This document shows, one piece after another, positions 39,345 to 52,900 of a DNA stretch of 64,000 nt. This DNA comes from Chiloscyllium plagiosum (taxonomy: Eukaryota): the NCBI RefSeq assembly GCF_004010195.1, contig NC_057719.1, positions 29,978,423 through 30,042,422 of the forward strand, in the 5' to 3' direction. The position numbers were made by a program, and so were the translations under genes. Numbering within the stretch: the stretch's first letter is position 1; every line of letters starts with the position of its first letter. Below the pieces are notes generated by a model, which saw only the letters and a list, made by a program, of their open reading frames with translations, made no database searches and was not told the origin of the DNA.

Positions 39345-39680
39345 AGCTGGTAACATAGTCGTAATGTCACTGGACTTGACATCAAGAAGCCTATGCTAAT
39401 GCTTGGGGAACATGGCTTCAAATACCACGAAGGCATCTTGTGGAATTAAAATTGGTTAATAAAATCTGAAAACTAGTCAACAAACTATCAATTTTCCTAT
39501 TTGTTTCACTAATGTTCTTTAGACGAGGAAATTTGCTATCCTTACTTGGACTGAACTTCTGTGATTCCAGACTCTCAGAAACTGCCTTTTGAGATAACCT
39601 TGCAAGCAATTAAGTTCAAGAGATAATAGGGATGTACAACAAATGTTGGAAATGTTTGCCAAAAATGACCCTATCCCCTG
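39345..39680 (+). mobile_element. SINE, second family, degenerate
   Basis: Head ggtaacatagtcgtaatgtcactggact and core gtttcactaatgttctttagacgaggaaatttgctatccttac. Confidence 0.65.
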
Positions 39681-40473
39681 AAAGAAATGGGGGGAGAAAT
39701 ATCAAACATATAAAATGTATAGTAAGATATAGCTAGGTTGAGTTTGAACAAGTTTAATTTATATAAAACTCTTTAAATTGACTGAGGAAGGAAATGCTGA
39801 TTTCCTTCATTGTGTGTTTCTAGGTTCCACAAGTAAGACAATATGATGCTGTTAACCACCATCCTGCTCTCTCATTAAGCTAATCATTCATCTATCCCTT
39901 AATTAATTCTGTAATTGTAAGTTACAAGAGATGCCTGAAGCAAAAGAGATAATCTCTGATAATTCATTTGGTAATTTTGAATCTAATGATTCCTTGTTAA
40001 GTTTAACATTTATGTGGCAGTGATAGTTAAACAGTTCAGTTTGTGTGGAATATTTAATGTGATATAGCAGGTGACTGTTTTTCCCCCAAATGGATGATGG
40101 ATTCCAAGGCTACACAGATGAAATATCTTGCCTCTTAAGGAAGATTTATGTTAAAAAAAAATTTAAAAATCTGAAAAATCTGCAATAAACCTTTTGCTTA
40201 ACACATTTGCTTCAATATTTTGGAGGATGCAAAAGGATTTATTTGTTGAATTTTAAAGTACAATAAGAGGTCACTTGTCCCATTGTCTCTATGGAAGAGC
40301 CATCCCTGCTCTGTTCTCTCTTCAGAACCCAGTAAAATTTAACTTAAATCTAAGAATTAGTTGGTGTTGAGGATGGTATTGAAGATGTATGCTATGCCAA
40401 TTATTACATGATTACTGGAATCGGAATATCAAAGACAAACCAGATAAAGATATTAGTTACATTGCACAGTTTC

Positions 40474-43400
40474 TGAAATAACTCCATAGAAGCTGGTATC
40501 CTGTCACCAAGTCCCCCTTTAGTTGCACGTGGAGAGTCCTTGATGCTGAGCCAGCTCCCTCAGAGTGAATAGGATGTCTAACAGTTCTGTTTTTCTTTTG
40601 AGTGAACAGGATGTCTGACACTCCTGTTTCTTTTTCTTAAACTCCTATTTTTTTCCTTACCCCTACACTATCGCCTAACTGCAGTAGTGCTTATTTTTCC
40701 CCCACACCCATGTTGTGTGTGTGCAGGTGTGAGACACAGTGAAGGACACAAGGTGTACAAGTCTTTGTTCAGTGTCCACCACCAGGAAGAAAAGAAACAC
40801 CAATTGGCCAGTGACAAGCAGTGCCCTTCATATCAAATGACAATGCTGCGTGATCACCAGTGAAGGGGAGGGCAGGGATTAAATCAAAAACAGTCCTGTA
40901 CTTTTTTTTTTGTTTTTCTTTTTTTTTTCTTTTTTACATTTTTTTTTCCCCACACTACCGCCTAACTGCGGTAGTGCTTATTTTTTCCCCAGTACCCATG
41001 GTGTGTGTGTGCCGGTGTGAGACACAGTGAAAGACACAAGGCGCACAAATCTTTATTCAGTTTCCACCACCAGGAAGACAGGAAAACACCCGAGTGGCCA
41101 GTGACGAGCAGTGCCCTTCACATCAAAGGACAGTGCTGTGTGATCAAAACAGTGAAGGGGAAACAGTCCTGTTCATTTTTTTTTTTGTTTTTTTTTGTTT
41201 TATTAAACCCCCACACTACCACCTAACTGTGGTAGTGCTTATTTTTCCCCAGCACCCATGGTGTGTGTGTGTGTGTAGGTGTGAGACACAGTGAAAGACA
41301 CAAAGTGCACGAATCTTTATTCAATTTCCACCACCAGGAAGATAGGAAAACACCCGGGTGGCCAGTGACAAGCACTGCCCTTCACATCAAAGGGCAATGC
41401 TGTGTGATCAAAATAGTGAAGGGGAAACAGTCCTGTTCTTTTTTTCTTTTTTTTCTCTTTTTTTCTTCTTTTTTTTTATATTAACCCCCACACTACCACC
41501 TAATTGCGGTAGTGCTTATTATTACCTGTTTATTTTTTTAAAAAATAATTTAACCCCCACACTACCACCTAAGTGCGGTAGTGCTTATTATATATTTTTT
41601 TTTTCCCCAGCACCCATGGTGTGTGTGTGCGCAGGTGTGAGACACAGTGAAAGACACAAAGTGCACCAATCTTTATTCAATTTCCAGCACCAGGAAGATA
41701 GGAAAACACCCGGGTGGCCAGTGACAAGCACTGCCCTTCACATCAAAGGGCAATGCTGTGTGATCAAAACAGTGAAGGGGAAACAGTCCTGTTCTTTTTT
41801 TTTGAAGGGGAGAGCAAGGAAACATTCTTGTTTATTTATTTATTTATTTTTTCAGTGACAAACACTGCCCTTCACATCAAAGGGCAGTGCTGTGTGATCA
41901 AAACAGTGAAGAGACACCATTTTATTTTATTTTTTTTTTCTCTTCTTTTTCCCCCACACTACCACCTAAGTGCGGTAGTGCTTATTTTATCCCCAGAACC
42001 CATGGTGTGTGTGTGTGCGCAGGTGTGAGACACACTGAAAGACAAAGTGCACGAATCTTTATTCAATTTCCAGCACCAGGAAGACAGGAAAACACCCGGG
42101 TGGCCAGTGACGAGCACTGCCCTTCACATCAAAGGGCAATGCTGTGTGATCAAAACAGTGAAGGGGAAACAGTCCTGTTCTTATCTGTCAGCCAGGGCTC
42201 CCCAATTGGACCAGATTAACAGCCCCAATTAGAGAACTTATTAGGGAATTCTATGAGGTTCATCTGACCTTGTTACAGTCACTACTTCCCTCCCCTTCTG
42301 AGTCCAAGGAGATCCTCGTGGAGTGTTTTAGCACAGAGTTTAGTTCCTCCACCTCTGCCAATGATATGGGCAGCTTGTAACACACAGTAATTTGCCTCTT
42401 GGGCTTGGAGTGTCTTGGAAGAAATTCATTCTCTTCTTAAGGCAGCAAATCTGTCAAGGTGGCAACATCTGCTGTCTCCATCTCAGATTCCAAGGTATCA
42501 TCAACGCTTGACAGAGAGGGAGAACCCATTGGATTCAGAAGAGTCAGAAATGTTATTGAGAGGCAGGCATGTTTTGCTCCTACCTGGTTTGTGGGTTTAC
42601 AGCTTTCATACAGTCCACATGCTTGTTCAGGACCATTGCACCAACCCAAACTTTATATGTCACGACCTGATCTCATGTCGACAATGCCTCTTACCATGCA
42701 GAGCCATTCCATAGGTTCCTACACCAAACTTTGTCCCCTAAAGTAAACTGCCTCTCTTGCTTAGTGGAGTCTTGTGTTCGGCATTGATGTTCCTGATGCC
42801 GTTTCACAAACCTCCATACCCCAGGCCTGGGAAGATCCTATTTAACCTGTTTCAGAGTCTTCTCCCCATTAGCAACGCTGCTAGAGCTAACCCTGTAGTT
42901 GCATGAGAAATAGTCCTATAATCAAATAGAAACCGAGATTGTTAGTATTTAATGAATCCGCAGGCTGTTTCTTTAAGCTTGCTTTCAAAGTTTGGACTGC
43001 TCTTTCCACAAAATCATTGGTTGGTGAATAGTATGGAGTTGTCCTTATATGTCGAATGCCATTCGAATTTACAAAATACTCAAATTCCCTGCAGTAAACT
43101 ATGACCAACGTTTCTGGAAGTTCTGTGTATCGCAAAAGATACACACAGTTTTTCTATCATCATTCCTGTGTTTGATGAATGAACTCAATGCACATGCAGC
43201 TATTTTGAATGGACAGGCACAATCACTAAGAACATTGAGCCCATGAAAGGACCTGCATAGTCGATGTGTAACTAAGTCCAGGGTTTATCTGGCCATTCCA
43301 ACAATTATGGGAAGCTGTTGGCAGTAATTTTTGTCCTTGTTGGCATTCTGGGCACTGCCCCACCAACATGGCGATGTCTACATCCAATCCTGAGAGCCAG

Positions 43401-45808
43401 ACATACCTCCTCACCAATATCCCCATTTTGGGAACACTTGAATGAGGCTGGTAGAGTTCAGCCAGTATCTGGCGATGATCTGAGCTCGGAACAATCACTC
43501 TTGCTCCCCATAATACTATGTGATCTGGTTTGTCCGGGTTCAGAAAGGTTTCAATTCTGGTTGTGATGGCCCTTTTGTTTCCCCTATCATCACCAGCTGT
43601 TTCACATTTGCCATGTGAATAATTGTGGACTCTTTAAGTGATGGTACCACTGGTGGTGTATCTGACAGCGGGAGATGGTGCAATGCCACCCACATTTGTT
43701 ACTTGACTACCTGGACAGTTTTCCAACTTGCAATTATACGCACTTAGTGGTAGAGCCCACCGATGAATTCGGCCTGAAGCTATGGGTGGCACTGCCTTGT
43801 CCTCTTTAAGTAGATCTAGAACCGGTGTGTGGTCCATTATTATTACAAAAAGTCACTTGAGATCATTGTGGCAGCACCTTCAAGGATGATAGCTGTTTCT
43901 TCACTTCCCTAAAAGCTATGGCTTGGCTATGCAACCATTTCCAAGCTGACCCTTTTTTAAGAGTTGATGCAAAGGTGCCAGGATGGAAGCCAGGTTATGT
44001 ATGAACTTTCCATTATAATTCACCAGCCCAAGGAAAGACCGAAGCTGTTATACAGATGTGGACCTATGATTGCCCTCACTTTATCTTGCAACAGATATAA
44101 CTTAGTTTTGTTGACTCTGTGGCCCAAGTAGGTCACTCAGGATGCCTGGAATATCCATTTTTCCTGGATTATGTCATGTTCTCTAAGTGCTCCTTAATGG
44201 TTTTCCCTGTTTATTAGTGTGTCATCTTGATAAATAGCATCCTGGGGTACACCTTGTAAAATGTTCGTCATCTGCTGAAAAATTGCACAGGTTGACAATA
44301 CCCCAAATGATGATCTTGTATATTGATACAAACCTTTATGGGTGTTAATTGTAGCATACTTTTGGGAATCCTCATCTCACCACAATTGCAGGTGTGGATG
44401 GCTCAAGTCCAGCTTCGTGAAGGACAGCACCCCCTGCCAATTTTGTGTATGAGTCCTCTAGGCGAGGGATTGTGTATTTATCCAGTTGTGAAAAGCAGTT
44501 TACAATTCCCCATGAAGGTGAACTGACATGTTGGGCTTCACAATTGGTATGACTGGTGCTGTCCATTCCACAAACTAGATTGGTTTGAAGATTCCTTTGC
44601 TTTCCGGCCTCCTGAATTCTCCCTCTACTTTTGCCCGTAAGCCAAAGGCACTGGACGGGCCTTGCAGTATCATGGAATTGCTTCCTGGTCCATGTGTGAA
44701 GTAGCCATGGCTCCTTGATAGTCCCTAGACGTTCCTGAGAAGCTTCTGGGTATTTAATTAGAACTTCAATCAGTCAAAAAGATTCTAATTGAGAAATGTT
44801 AAACCAATCTAGGTGAATCTTTCTCATTCAATGTTGCCCCATCAATTTTGGACTCGAGACTTTTACTATAATTAGTGGTTCTGAACTAGCAATTCCTCAT
44901 AAGAGACCAGAGCCAAAGTTGTACCCTTAATCTGTAAAGGTTCCCTGGTATAGGTTCTCTGTCGGCTGAGGTCTTGTGCAAACTGAAGGGTTACAGTGCA
45001 GTATGAATTTTGTTAAAGACTGATTCTGTGATCTCTTAAATGGCTGCGCTGGTATTGATCTCCATTAGAAGAGATAACCATTTAACCTGATGTGTATTTT
45101 GAATGGTTCTGGTTTTGGATGTTGCTAAGCAAATTAACTGTCCCATCCGGATGTAAGTAGACTTTACAGAGTGTGCACTCTCCTGGATTCTGGCCTATGA
45201 GTTCTCTTTCACAATTTAGGTCGAGTGGGACTCTTTGCTGTCTCGAGTTCACATACCAGGCCTGGATCCTGAAGAAATTTTTAACTGTTTGTCTGAGGCT
45301 TGGCTTTGTTTTGGGGTTTTATTGTGGGCTGACCGAGAGTTCCTCTGTTCAGGATACGTCCTGAGTCAGGCTAGCAATTGCCCTTACTCAAGTGGTGTTC
45401 CCCAAGCTCGGTTGGACTGGCAAGGGTGTCCACTTCCATTGGAGTACCCTGCAACTCATATGCTCCACTTGCTGCACTTTCTAATGATAAAGCCAGTTGC
45501 AGTGCCTGTTTGAAGTCCAGTTGGCCTTAGCTTTTGCATAGTTACATCATTAGTCGCACTCTTATCGCCACTGAAATAGTTCAACAGAGGCTGATAACTT
45601 GTCACCAAGTCACCCTTTATTCACACGTGGAGAGTCCTTGACACTGATCCAGCTCCCTCAGAGCCCAGCTGCCAGAGTGAACAGGATGTCTGACGTTCCT
45701 ATTCTTACCTGTCAGCCAGGCCTCCCTGATTGGCACAGTGAATCTGGTCCAGTCAGGGAACTCATGTTCTACCAAGTCCACCTTGCTGATCTCATTACAA
45801 TCATTACA
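40474..45808 (-). mobile_element. Decayed Ty3/Gypsy LTR retrotransposon
   Basis: Homologous LTRs at 45572-45808 and 40474-42286 (the latter split by a tandem array). PBS-like TGGCGATAAGAG (minus, 45559-45570) and PPT GGGGAGGGA (minus, ~42287-42295). Remnants in the order PR (~45050) - RT (~44000-44600) - RNaseH (IASGRIHRWALPLSAY) - integrase zinc finger (RRYVWLSGLDVDI...CPECQ) - integrase core (GIRHIRTTPYYSPTNDFVERAVQTLK). Confidence 0.9.
40660..42180 (-). repeat. Tandem array of ~230-240 bp units separated by T-rich tracts (5 full + 2 partial)
   Basis: Full units at ~40660-40901, 40948-41174, 41208-41438, 41554-41794 and 41951-42180; partials at ~41485-41520 and ~41853-41911. Confidence 0.92.
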
Positions 45809-47138
45809 GGTTTGTTATAAATACCTTTAAAGTAATGTTCACAAAGTTAAATTAAGGAAAATTTCAAATAAGAGAAGTCTTTTTAAGCAAGTACCATAGA
45901 TTTATATTCATAGGAGCAATGGCCACATTTCATTCCTTGCCCCTTCTCTTCCCCTATACTATGAAATTGAGAACGGGACTGAGCTGCAACTGAAGGTCTA
46001 AGAAGAATGGGCAACCTTTGGCTATTCTAATGGTAATTTCAGACAGACGCATTGAAATCAGACTTTCCTATCTTATTTCCATGGGTGCGTTTGCTATAAT
46101 TTTGTTGCAGATGAAAGTACATTGCTTGTTTCACCTATTTGCAAAAGATTTGGAAATGGAAATACAGCATCAAAGGTTATGGAGATGGTTCTCTGTCCCT
46201 TTTCCCTTCCCATGAAATTTATGAAATGAGCATTGTCCAATTTCTGCAGGAAGGAATATTAGGGCTACCACAGAATCAAAGTGAGTTTTCTTTCAAGATG
46301 GCGGAAATATACTCCCTTTTTTTATAATAAGAGTAACATTGCAGAAAGGTGTGTCAGACTCTTCGAGCCAACAGTGAAAACCCCTTTGTTTGAATTTGAC
46401 ACGGTTATTGAAAGGTTATTGAACAATCACAAACAAATGGAACATACAGTAAACATGTATGGTATCTGTTTAATTCTCAGCTGACGTTTTACATTTTTAT
46501 GAAAGAATTGCCATTCAACAAGTGTCAAGGAACGTGTGAGAGAAGGGTATTTTTATAACATAGTTTTTTCTGAAAAATACATATTTTGAGATGTTTATAA
46601 CTGATCAAATCTATTGAAGTGTGTAAAATAAGTTGCTGGTTGGCTGCTGTGCAGTTGTCTTCACCAGTCCAAGTGTCTTGACTGTCCAGTCCATTAGGAT
46701 AGAAAACAGCTTGATTTAAAACAAAAGCAAACAAGGTCATATTGTTGGTAACACAATTGGAGAGCTGATGGAACATTTCCTGGAATTATACTGCAGAGAT
46801 GTTCGAGGAAAATCTGCCCATAATGGCAACACTGGATATCAAACTCATGGTGGAGAGGTCACATGTTACATTTGTGGAAGAATCTTCTGAGTTATCGGCA
46901 AAAGTGATAAAACTAACGTAGTATCACTTTTAGTGGAATGGGTTTCTTTGTTATGGCTGAAAAAAAAATGGCATAAAGTGCAACAGGAACAAAAGACACA
47001 TCATTAAATGTGTATTTTATCCAGAAAATATTTGAGACTTATTACCAAATCCATTTAAGATTCTGTCCTAATTTCTGGCAATATGGACATTCCTAGATAG
47101 GATGTCTTCGAGGTGTCTGCAAGATTTGATTAAAAACT

Positions 47139-49100
47139 GGGTTTTGGTTAAGAAAAAGAAGGAAGCATATGTAAGGTATAGACAGAATAGATCGAGAGAA
47201 TCCTTAGAAGAGTATAAAGGCAGTAGGAGTATACTTAAGAGGGAAATCAGGAGGGCAAAAAGGGGACATGAGATAGCTTTGGCAAATAGAATTAAGGAGA
47301 ATCCAAAGGGTTTTTACAAATACATTAAGGACAAAAGGGTAACTAAGGAGAGAATAGGGCCCCTCAAAGATCAGCAAGGCTGCCTTTGTGTGGAGCCACA
47401 GAATATACGGGAGATACTAAATGAGTATTTTGCATCAGTGCTTACTGTGGAAAAGGATATGGAAGATATAGAAAGTAGCGAAATAGATGGTGACATCTTG
47501 CAAAATGTCCACATTACAGAGGAGGAAGTGCTGGATGTCTTGAAACGCATAAAGGTGGTTAAATCTCCAGGACCTGATCAGGTGTACCCTAGAACTCTGT
47601 GGTAAGCTAGAGAAGTGATTGCTGGGCCTCTTGCTGAGATACTTGTATCATCAATAGTCACAGGGGAGGTGTCAGAAAATGGGAGATTGGCAAACGTGGT
47701 GCCACTGTTTAAGAAGGGGGGTAAGGACAAGCCAGGGAACTATAGACCAGTGAGCCTGACTTCGGTGGTGGGCAAGTTGTTGAAGGGAATCCTGAGGGAC
47801 AGGATATACATGTATTTGGAAAGGCAAGGACTGATTCAGGATAGTCAACATGACTATGAGTGTGGGAAACCATGTCTCACAAACTTGATTGAGTTTTTTG
47901 AGGAATTAACAAAGAGGATTGAGGGCAGAGCAGTAGATGTGATCTATATGGACTTCAGTAAGGTTCCCCATGGGAGTCTGGTTAGCAAGGTTAGATCTCA
48001 CGGAATACAGTCAGAACTAGCCATTTGGATGCAGTACTGGCTCAAAGGTTGAAGACAGAGGATGGTGGTGGAGGGTTGTTTTTCAGACTGGAGGCCTGTG
48101 ACCAGTGGAGTGCCACAAGGATCGGTGCTGGGCCCACTACTTTTTGTCATTTACATAAATGATTTGGATGCGAGCAAAAGAGGTACATTTAGTAAGTTTG
48201 CAGATTACACCAAAATTGGAGGTGTAGTGGACAGTGAAGAAGGTCACCTCAGATTACAATAGGATCTTGACCAGATGGGCCAATGGGCTGAGAAGTGGCA
48301 GATGGAGTTTAATTCAGATAAATGCGAGGTGCTGCATTTTGGGAAAGCAAATCTTAGCAGGACTTGTGCACTTAATGGTAAAGTTCTAGGGAGTGTTGCT
48401 GAACAAAGAGACCTTGGAGTGCAGGTTCATAGTTCTTTGAAAATGGAGTCGCAGGTAGATAAGATAGTGAAGGAGTTTGGCATGCTTTCCTTTATTGGTC
48501 AGAGTATTGAGTGCAGGAGTTAGGAGGTCATGTTGCGGCTGTACATGACATTGGTTAGGCTACTGTGGCGTGCAATTCTGGTCTCCTTCCTATCAGAAAG
48601 ATGTTGTGAAACTTGAAAGGGTTCAGAAAAGATTTACAAGGATGTTGCCAGGGTTGGAGGATTTGAGCTATAGGGAGAGGCTGAACAGGCTGGGGCTGTT
48701 TTCCCTGGAGCGTCGGAGGTTGAGGGGAGACCTTTTGGAGGTTTACAAAATTATGAGGGGCATGGATAGGATAAATAGGCAAAGACTTTTACCTGGGGTT
48801 GGGCAGTCCAGAACTAGAGGGCATAGGTTTAGGGTGAGAGGGGAAAGATATAAAAGAGACCTAAGGGGCAACGTTTTCACACACAGGGTGGTATGTGTAT
48901 GGATTGAGCTGCCAGAGGATGTGGTGGAGGCTGGTACAATTGCAACATTTTAAAAGGCATTTGGATGGGTATATGAGTAGGAAGGGTTTGGAGGGATATG
49001 GGCCGGGTGCTGGCAGGTGGGACTAGGTTGGGCTAACTGCTTGGTGTGGATGGGTTGGACCGAAGGGTCTGTTTCCGTGCTGTACATCTCTATGACTCTA
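47139..49100 (+). mobile_element. 5'-truncated CR1 LINE (RT + 3' UTR)
   Basis: Consecutive ORFs 47102-48953 carry CR1 RT motifs broken by stops; 3' tail ctatgactcta. Confidence 0.95.
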
Positions 49101-49518
49101 AAAACGCAACCTTTGTTATAATGGATTGATTGGTATCTAGATTTATTTTGAAGATAACTTCGGTGTTGACCACTTAGAATTAAACAAGTCCCCCTGGTGG
49201 CAGAATTCTTGTTTCAGTCTTTAAAACAGAATTGAAAAGATCAAGTATGTGTCTTCATAGCTGTACTTTCACAACCGTTTTGAATTCATCATTATTCAGA
49301 TGTTGTGCCTTCTGGCAAGGAAACAGATACTGGTTCATTTGTCACATTTATCTGGAGTTGTAGTTATTTAAAATAAATTACTAACATTTTTTCAAAGCAT
49401 GTTTTGCTTGAAAAGTAAAAACACAGCCAAAAAGTCCCCACGATGAAATCTGGTTGGAAGAACCATTCGCTACGTATCAAAGTGACATATTTCCATATCC
49501 AACTATCCTTCTGCATGA

Positions 49519-49956
49519 AAAGAACATCTCATCCTCAGACTAAGCACCTTATAGCCATCTGGACTTAATATTGAGGTGAACACCTTCAAATTGTGACTCA
49601 CTTCTTCCCTTTCTTCTAGCTTGTTACATTCTATTCTCATGCCGTCACTCACCACCCCATAGTGGGACTATCTGTCCTTTCAAGCCTGGCAGGAGATGCC
49701 CCTGTGTTCTACCATTCTCACACTCTGATAACCTAATGTGAAATACCAACATCTTTTATCCATCAGCAGCCTACACCCACCAACCTGCCCACCCCCCCCC
49801 CCAAAACTATAGCATAAATACTGTCCCCTCCACACTTCGCTAGTCCTCTAGACTCAAAGCGTAGCTTGCTCTCTCTCCATGGCTGCTGTCTGACCTGCTG
49901 TGATCTTCAGCATTTGTTGTTTTCAGTACAGATTCCAGCATCTGCAATACTCTGCT
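49519..49956 (+). mobile_element. Older Penelope-like element 3' end (GIY-YIG C-terminus + terminal repeat)
   Basis: 49519-49587 translates KEHLILRLSTL*PSGLNIEVNTF, the typical PLE ORF end (E.HLIFRL.TL.P.GLN). It is followed by a pyrimidine-rich UTR and gctgtctgacctgctg...cagcatctgca, like the other PLE repeats. Confidence 0.7.
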
Positions 49957-49981
49957 CGTAAATTCATTGTATATTTCAATC

Positions 49982-52900
49982 TTAGAACATTACAGTGCAG
50001 TACAGGCCCTTCGGCCCTCACTGTTGCGCCACCCTGTGAAACCAATCTGAAGCCTGTTTAACCTACACTATTTCATTCTCGTCCATATGCCTACCCAATG
50101 ACCATTTAAATGCCTGTAAATTTGGTGAGTCTACTACTGTTGCAGGCAATGCATTCCACGCCCCTACTACTCTCAGTAAAGAAACTACCTCTGACATCTG
50201 TCCTATATCTATCACCCCTCAATTTCAAACTATGCCCCCTCATGCTAGCCATCACCACCCGAGGAAAAAGGCTCTCGCTGTCCACCTGATCTAACCCTCT
50301 GATTATCTTAGGTCTCAATTAAGTCCCGCCTCAACTTCTCTCGAACAAAAACAGCCTCAAGTCCCTCAACCTTTCCTTATAAGACCTTCCCTCCATACCT
50401 GGCAACATCCTAGTAAATCTTCTCTGAACCCTTTCCAAACCTTCCACATCCTTCCTATAATGCGGTGACTAGAACTGCACACAATACTCCAAGTGTGGAC
50501 GCACCAGAGTTTTGTACAGCTGCAGCATAACCTCATGGTTCTGAAACTCGACCCCTCTGCCATTAAAAACTAACACACCGTATGCCTTCTTACCAGCCCT
50601 ATCAACCTGGGTGGCAGCTTTGAGGGATCTATGTAAAAGGACACCGAGATCTCTCTGCTCATCTACACCATCAAGAATCTTACCATTCGCCCAGTACTCT
50701 GCATTCCTGTTACTCCTTCCAAAGTGAATCATCTCATACGTTCCTACATTAAACTCCATTTGCCACCTCTCAACACAACTCTGCAGTTTATCTATGTCAC
50801 TCTGTAACCCACAACATCCTTCGGCACTATCCACAACTGTACCAACCTTAGTGTCATCTGCAATTTAACTAACCCATCCTTCTACGCCCTCATCCAGGTC
50901 TTTTATAAAAATGACAAACAGCAGTGGACCCAAAACAAATCCTTGTGGTACAAAACTAGTAACTGAACTCCAGGATGAACACTTTACATCAACCACCACA
51001 CTCTGTCTTCATTCAGCTAGCCAATTTCTGATCCAAACCGTTAAATTGCCCTCCATTCCATGCCTCCACATTTTGTGCAGTAGCCTATCATGGGGAACTT
51101 TATCAAATGCCTTACTGAAGTCCATATACACCACATCAACGGCTTTACCCTCATCCACCTGTTTGGTCACCTTCTCAAAGAACTCAGTAAGGTGTGGGAG
51201 GCACAACCTATCCTTCACAAAACTGTGTTGACTATCCCTAATGAACTTATTCCTATTGCGATGGTTATAAATCCCATCTCTTATAACCTTTTCCAACACT
51301 TCACCCACAACTGAAGGAAGGCTGACTGGTCTATAATTACCAGGATTGTCTCTATCCCCTTCTTGAACAAGGGAACAACATTTGCAACCCTCCAGTTTTC
51401 TGGCACAATTCCTGTGGACAACGATGACACAAAGCTCAAAGCCATGGCTCGGCAATCTCCTCCCTGGCTTCTTAGGGAATCCCAAGATAAATCCCATCTG
51501 ACCCAGGGGATTTATCTATTTTCACACTTTCCAGAATTTCTAACACCTCCTCTTTGTGAGCCTCAATCCCATTTTGTCTGGTAGCCTGTTACTCAGTATT
51601 CTCCTTGACAACATTGTCTTTTTCCAGTGTGAATACTGACAAAAATATTCATTTAGCGCTTCTCCTATCTCTTCTGACTCCACGCACAACCTCCCACTAC
51701 TATCCTCGATTAGCTCTAATCTTACTCTACTCATTCTTTTATCCCTTATAAGAGATAGGATTTATAATCATCTCGCAAGCAACAATTTGATTGGAGATAG
51801 TCAACATAGTTTCATCAAGGGCAGGTTGTGTCTCACAAACCTCATTGAGGTTTTTGAGAAGGTGACCAAGCATGTGGATGAGGGTAGAGCAGTTGATTTG
51901 GTGTACATGGACTTCAGTAAAGCCTTTGATAAGGTTCCATGTGGTAGGCTTTTGGAGAAAATGCGGAGGTATGGGATTGAGGGTGATTTCGCAGTTTGGA
52001 TTAGAAATTGGCTTTCTGTAAGAAGGCAACGAGTGGTGGTTGATGGAAAATATTCAGCCTGGTGTCCAGTTACTAGTGGTATGCCATAAGGATCTGTTTT
52101 GGGACCACTGTTTGTCATTTTTATAAATGACTTGGACGCAGGCATAGGTGAATGGGTTAGTAAGTTTGCAGATGACACTAAAGTCGGTGGAGAGGTGTAC
52201 ATTGTGGAACAACATTGCAGGTTGCAGGGAGGGGGACTTGGATAAACTGCAGAATTGGGCTGAGAGGTGGCAAATGGAGTTCAATGTAGATAAATGTGAG
52301 GTGATTCACTTTGGGAAGAATAATAGGAAGGCAGAATACTGGGTCAATGGAAAGATTCTTGGTAGTGTGGATGTGCAGAGGGATCTTAGTGTCCATGTAC
52401 ATAGATCTCTGAAAGTTGCCACCCAGGTGGATAGTGCTGTTAAGGCAGCATGCGGTGTGTTAGGTTTTATTGGTACAGGGATTGAGTTCCAGAGCTGTGA
52501 TGTCATGCTGCAACTATACAAAACGCTGGTGCGGCTTCACTTGGAACATTGTGTTCATTTCTGGTCGCCCCATTAAGATGTGGAAACATTGGAAAAGAGG
52601 AGATTTATCAGGATTTTGCCTAGTTTTATGTGGAAAGGCTGAGGGACTTGGGTCTGTACTCATTGGAGAGAAAAAAGCTAAAAGGGGGTTTAGTAGAGAC
52701 ATACAAGATGATCAGAGTATTAGATAGGGTGGACAGTGAGAGTCTTTTTCCTATGATGATGATGTCGGCTTGTACAAGGGGGCATAGTTGCAAATTCAGG
52801 GGTGATAGATTTAGGACAGATGTCAGAGGCAGGTTCTTTACTCAGAGTGGTAAGGGCGTGAAATGCCCTACCTACCAATGTAGTTAACTCAGCCACATTA

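Noticed and set aside
40660..42180. CRISPR-like array (palindromic repeats with variable spacers)
   Set aside because: Units are ~230 bp, the variable parts are low-complexity T tracts, there are no cas genes, and the context is a vertebrate intron.
41005..42232. Cluster of overlapping repeated ORFs (MASDKHCPSHQR..., HQEDRKTPGWP...)
   Set aside because: These are incidental translations of the tandem array, broken by homopolymer tracts; there is no evidence of coding function.
40469..45813. Target-site duplication of the Gypsy element
   Set aside because: The flanks (gtttc and ggttt) do not match in register, so no TSD is claimed.
46250..46280. Internal 31-nt cassette exon (ctgcag|...|gtgagt)
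   Set aside because: It would frameshift RTN1 and the pyrimidine tract is weak; only the first-exon reading is kept, as a weak candidate.
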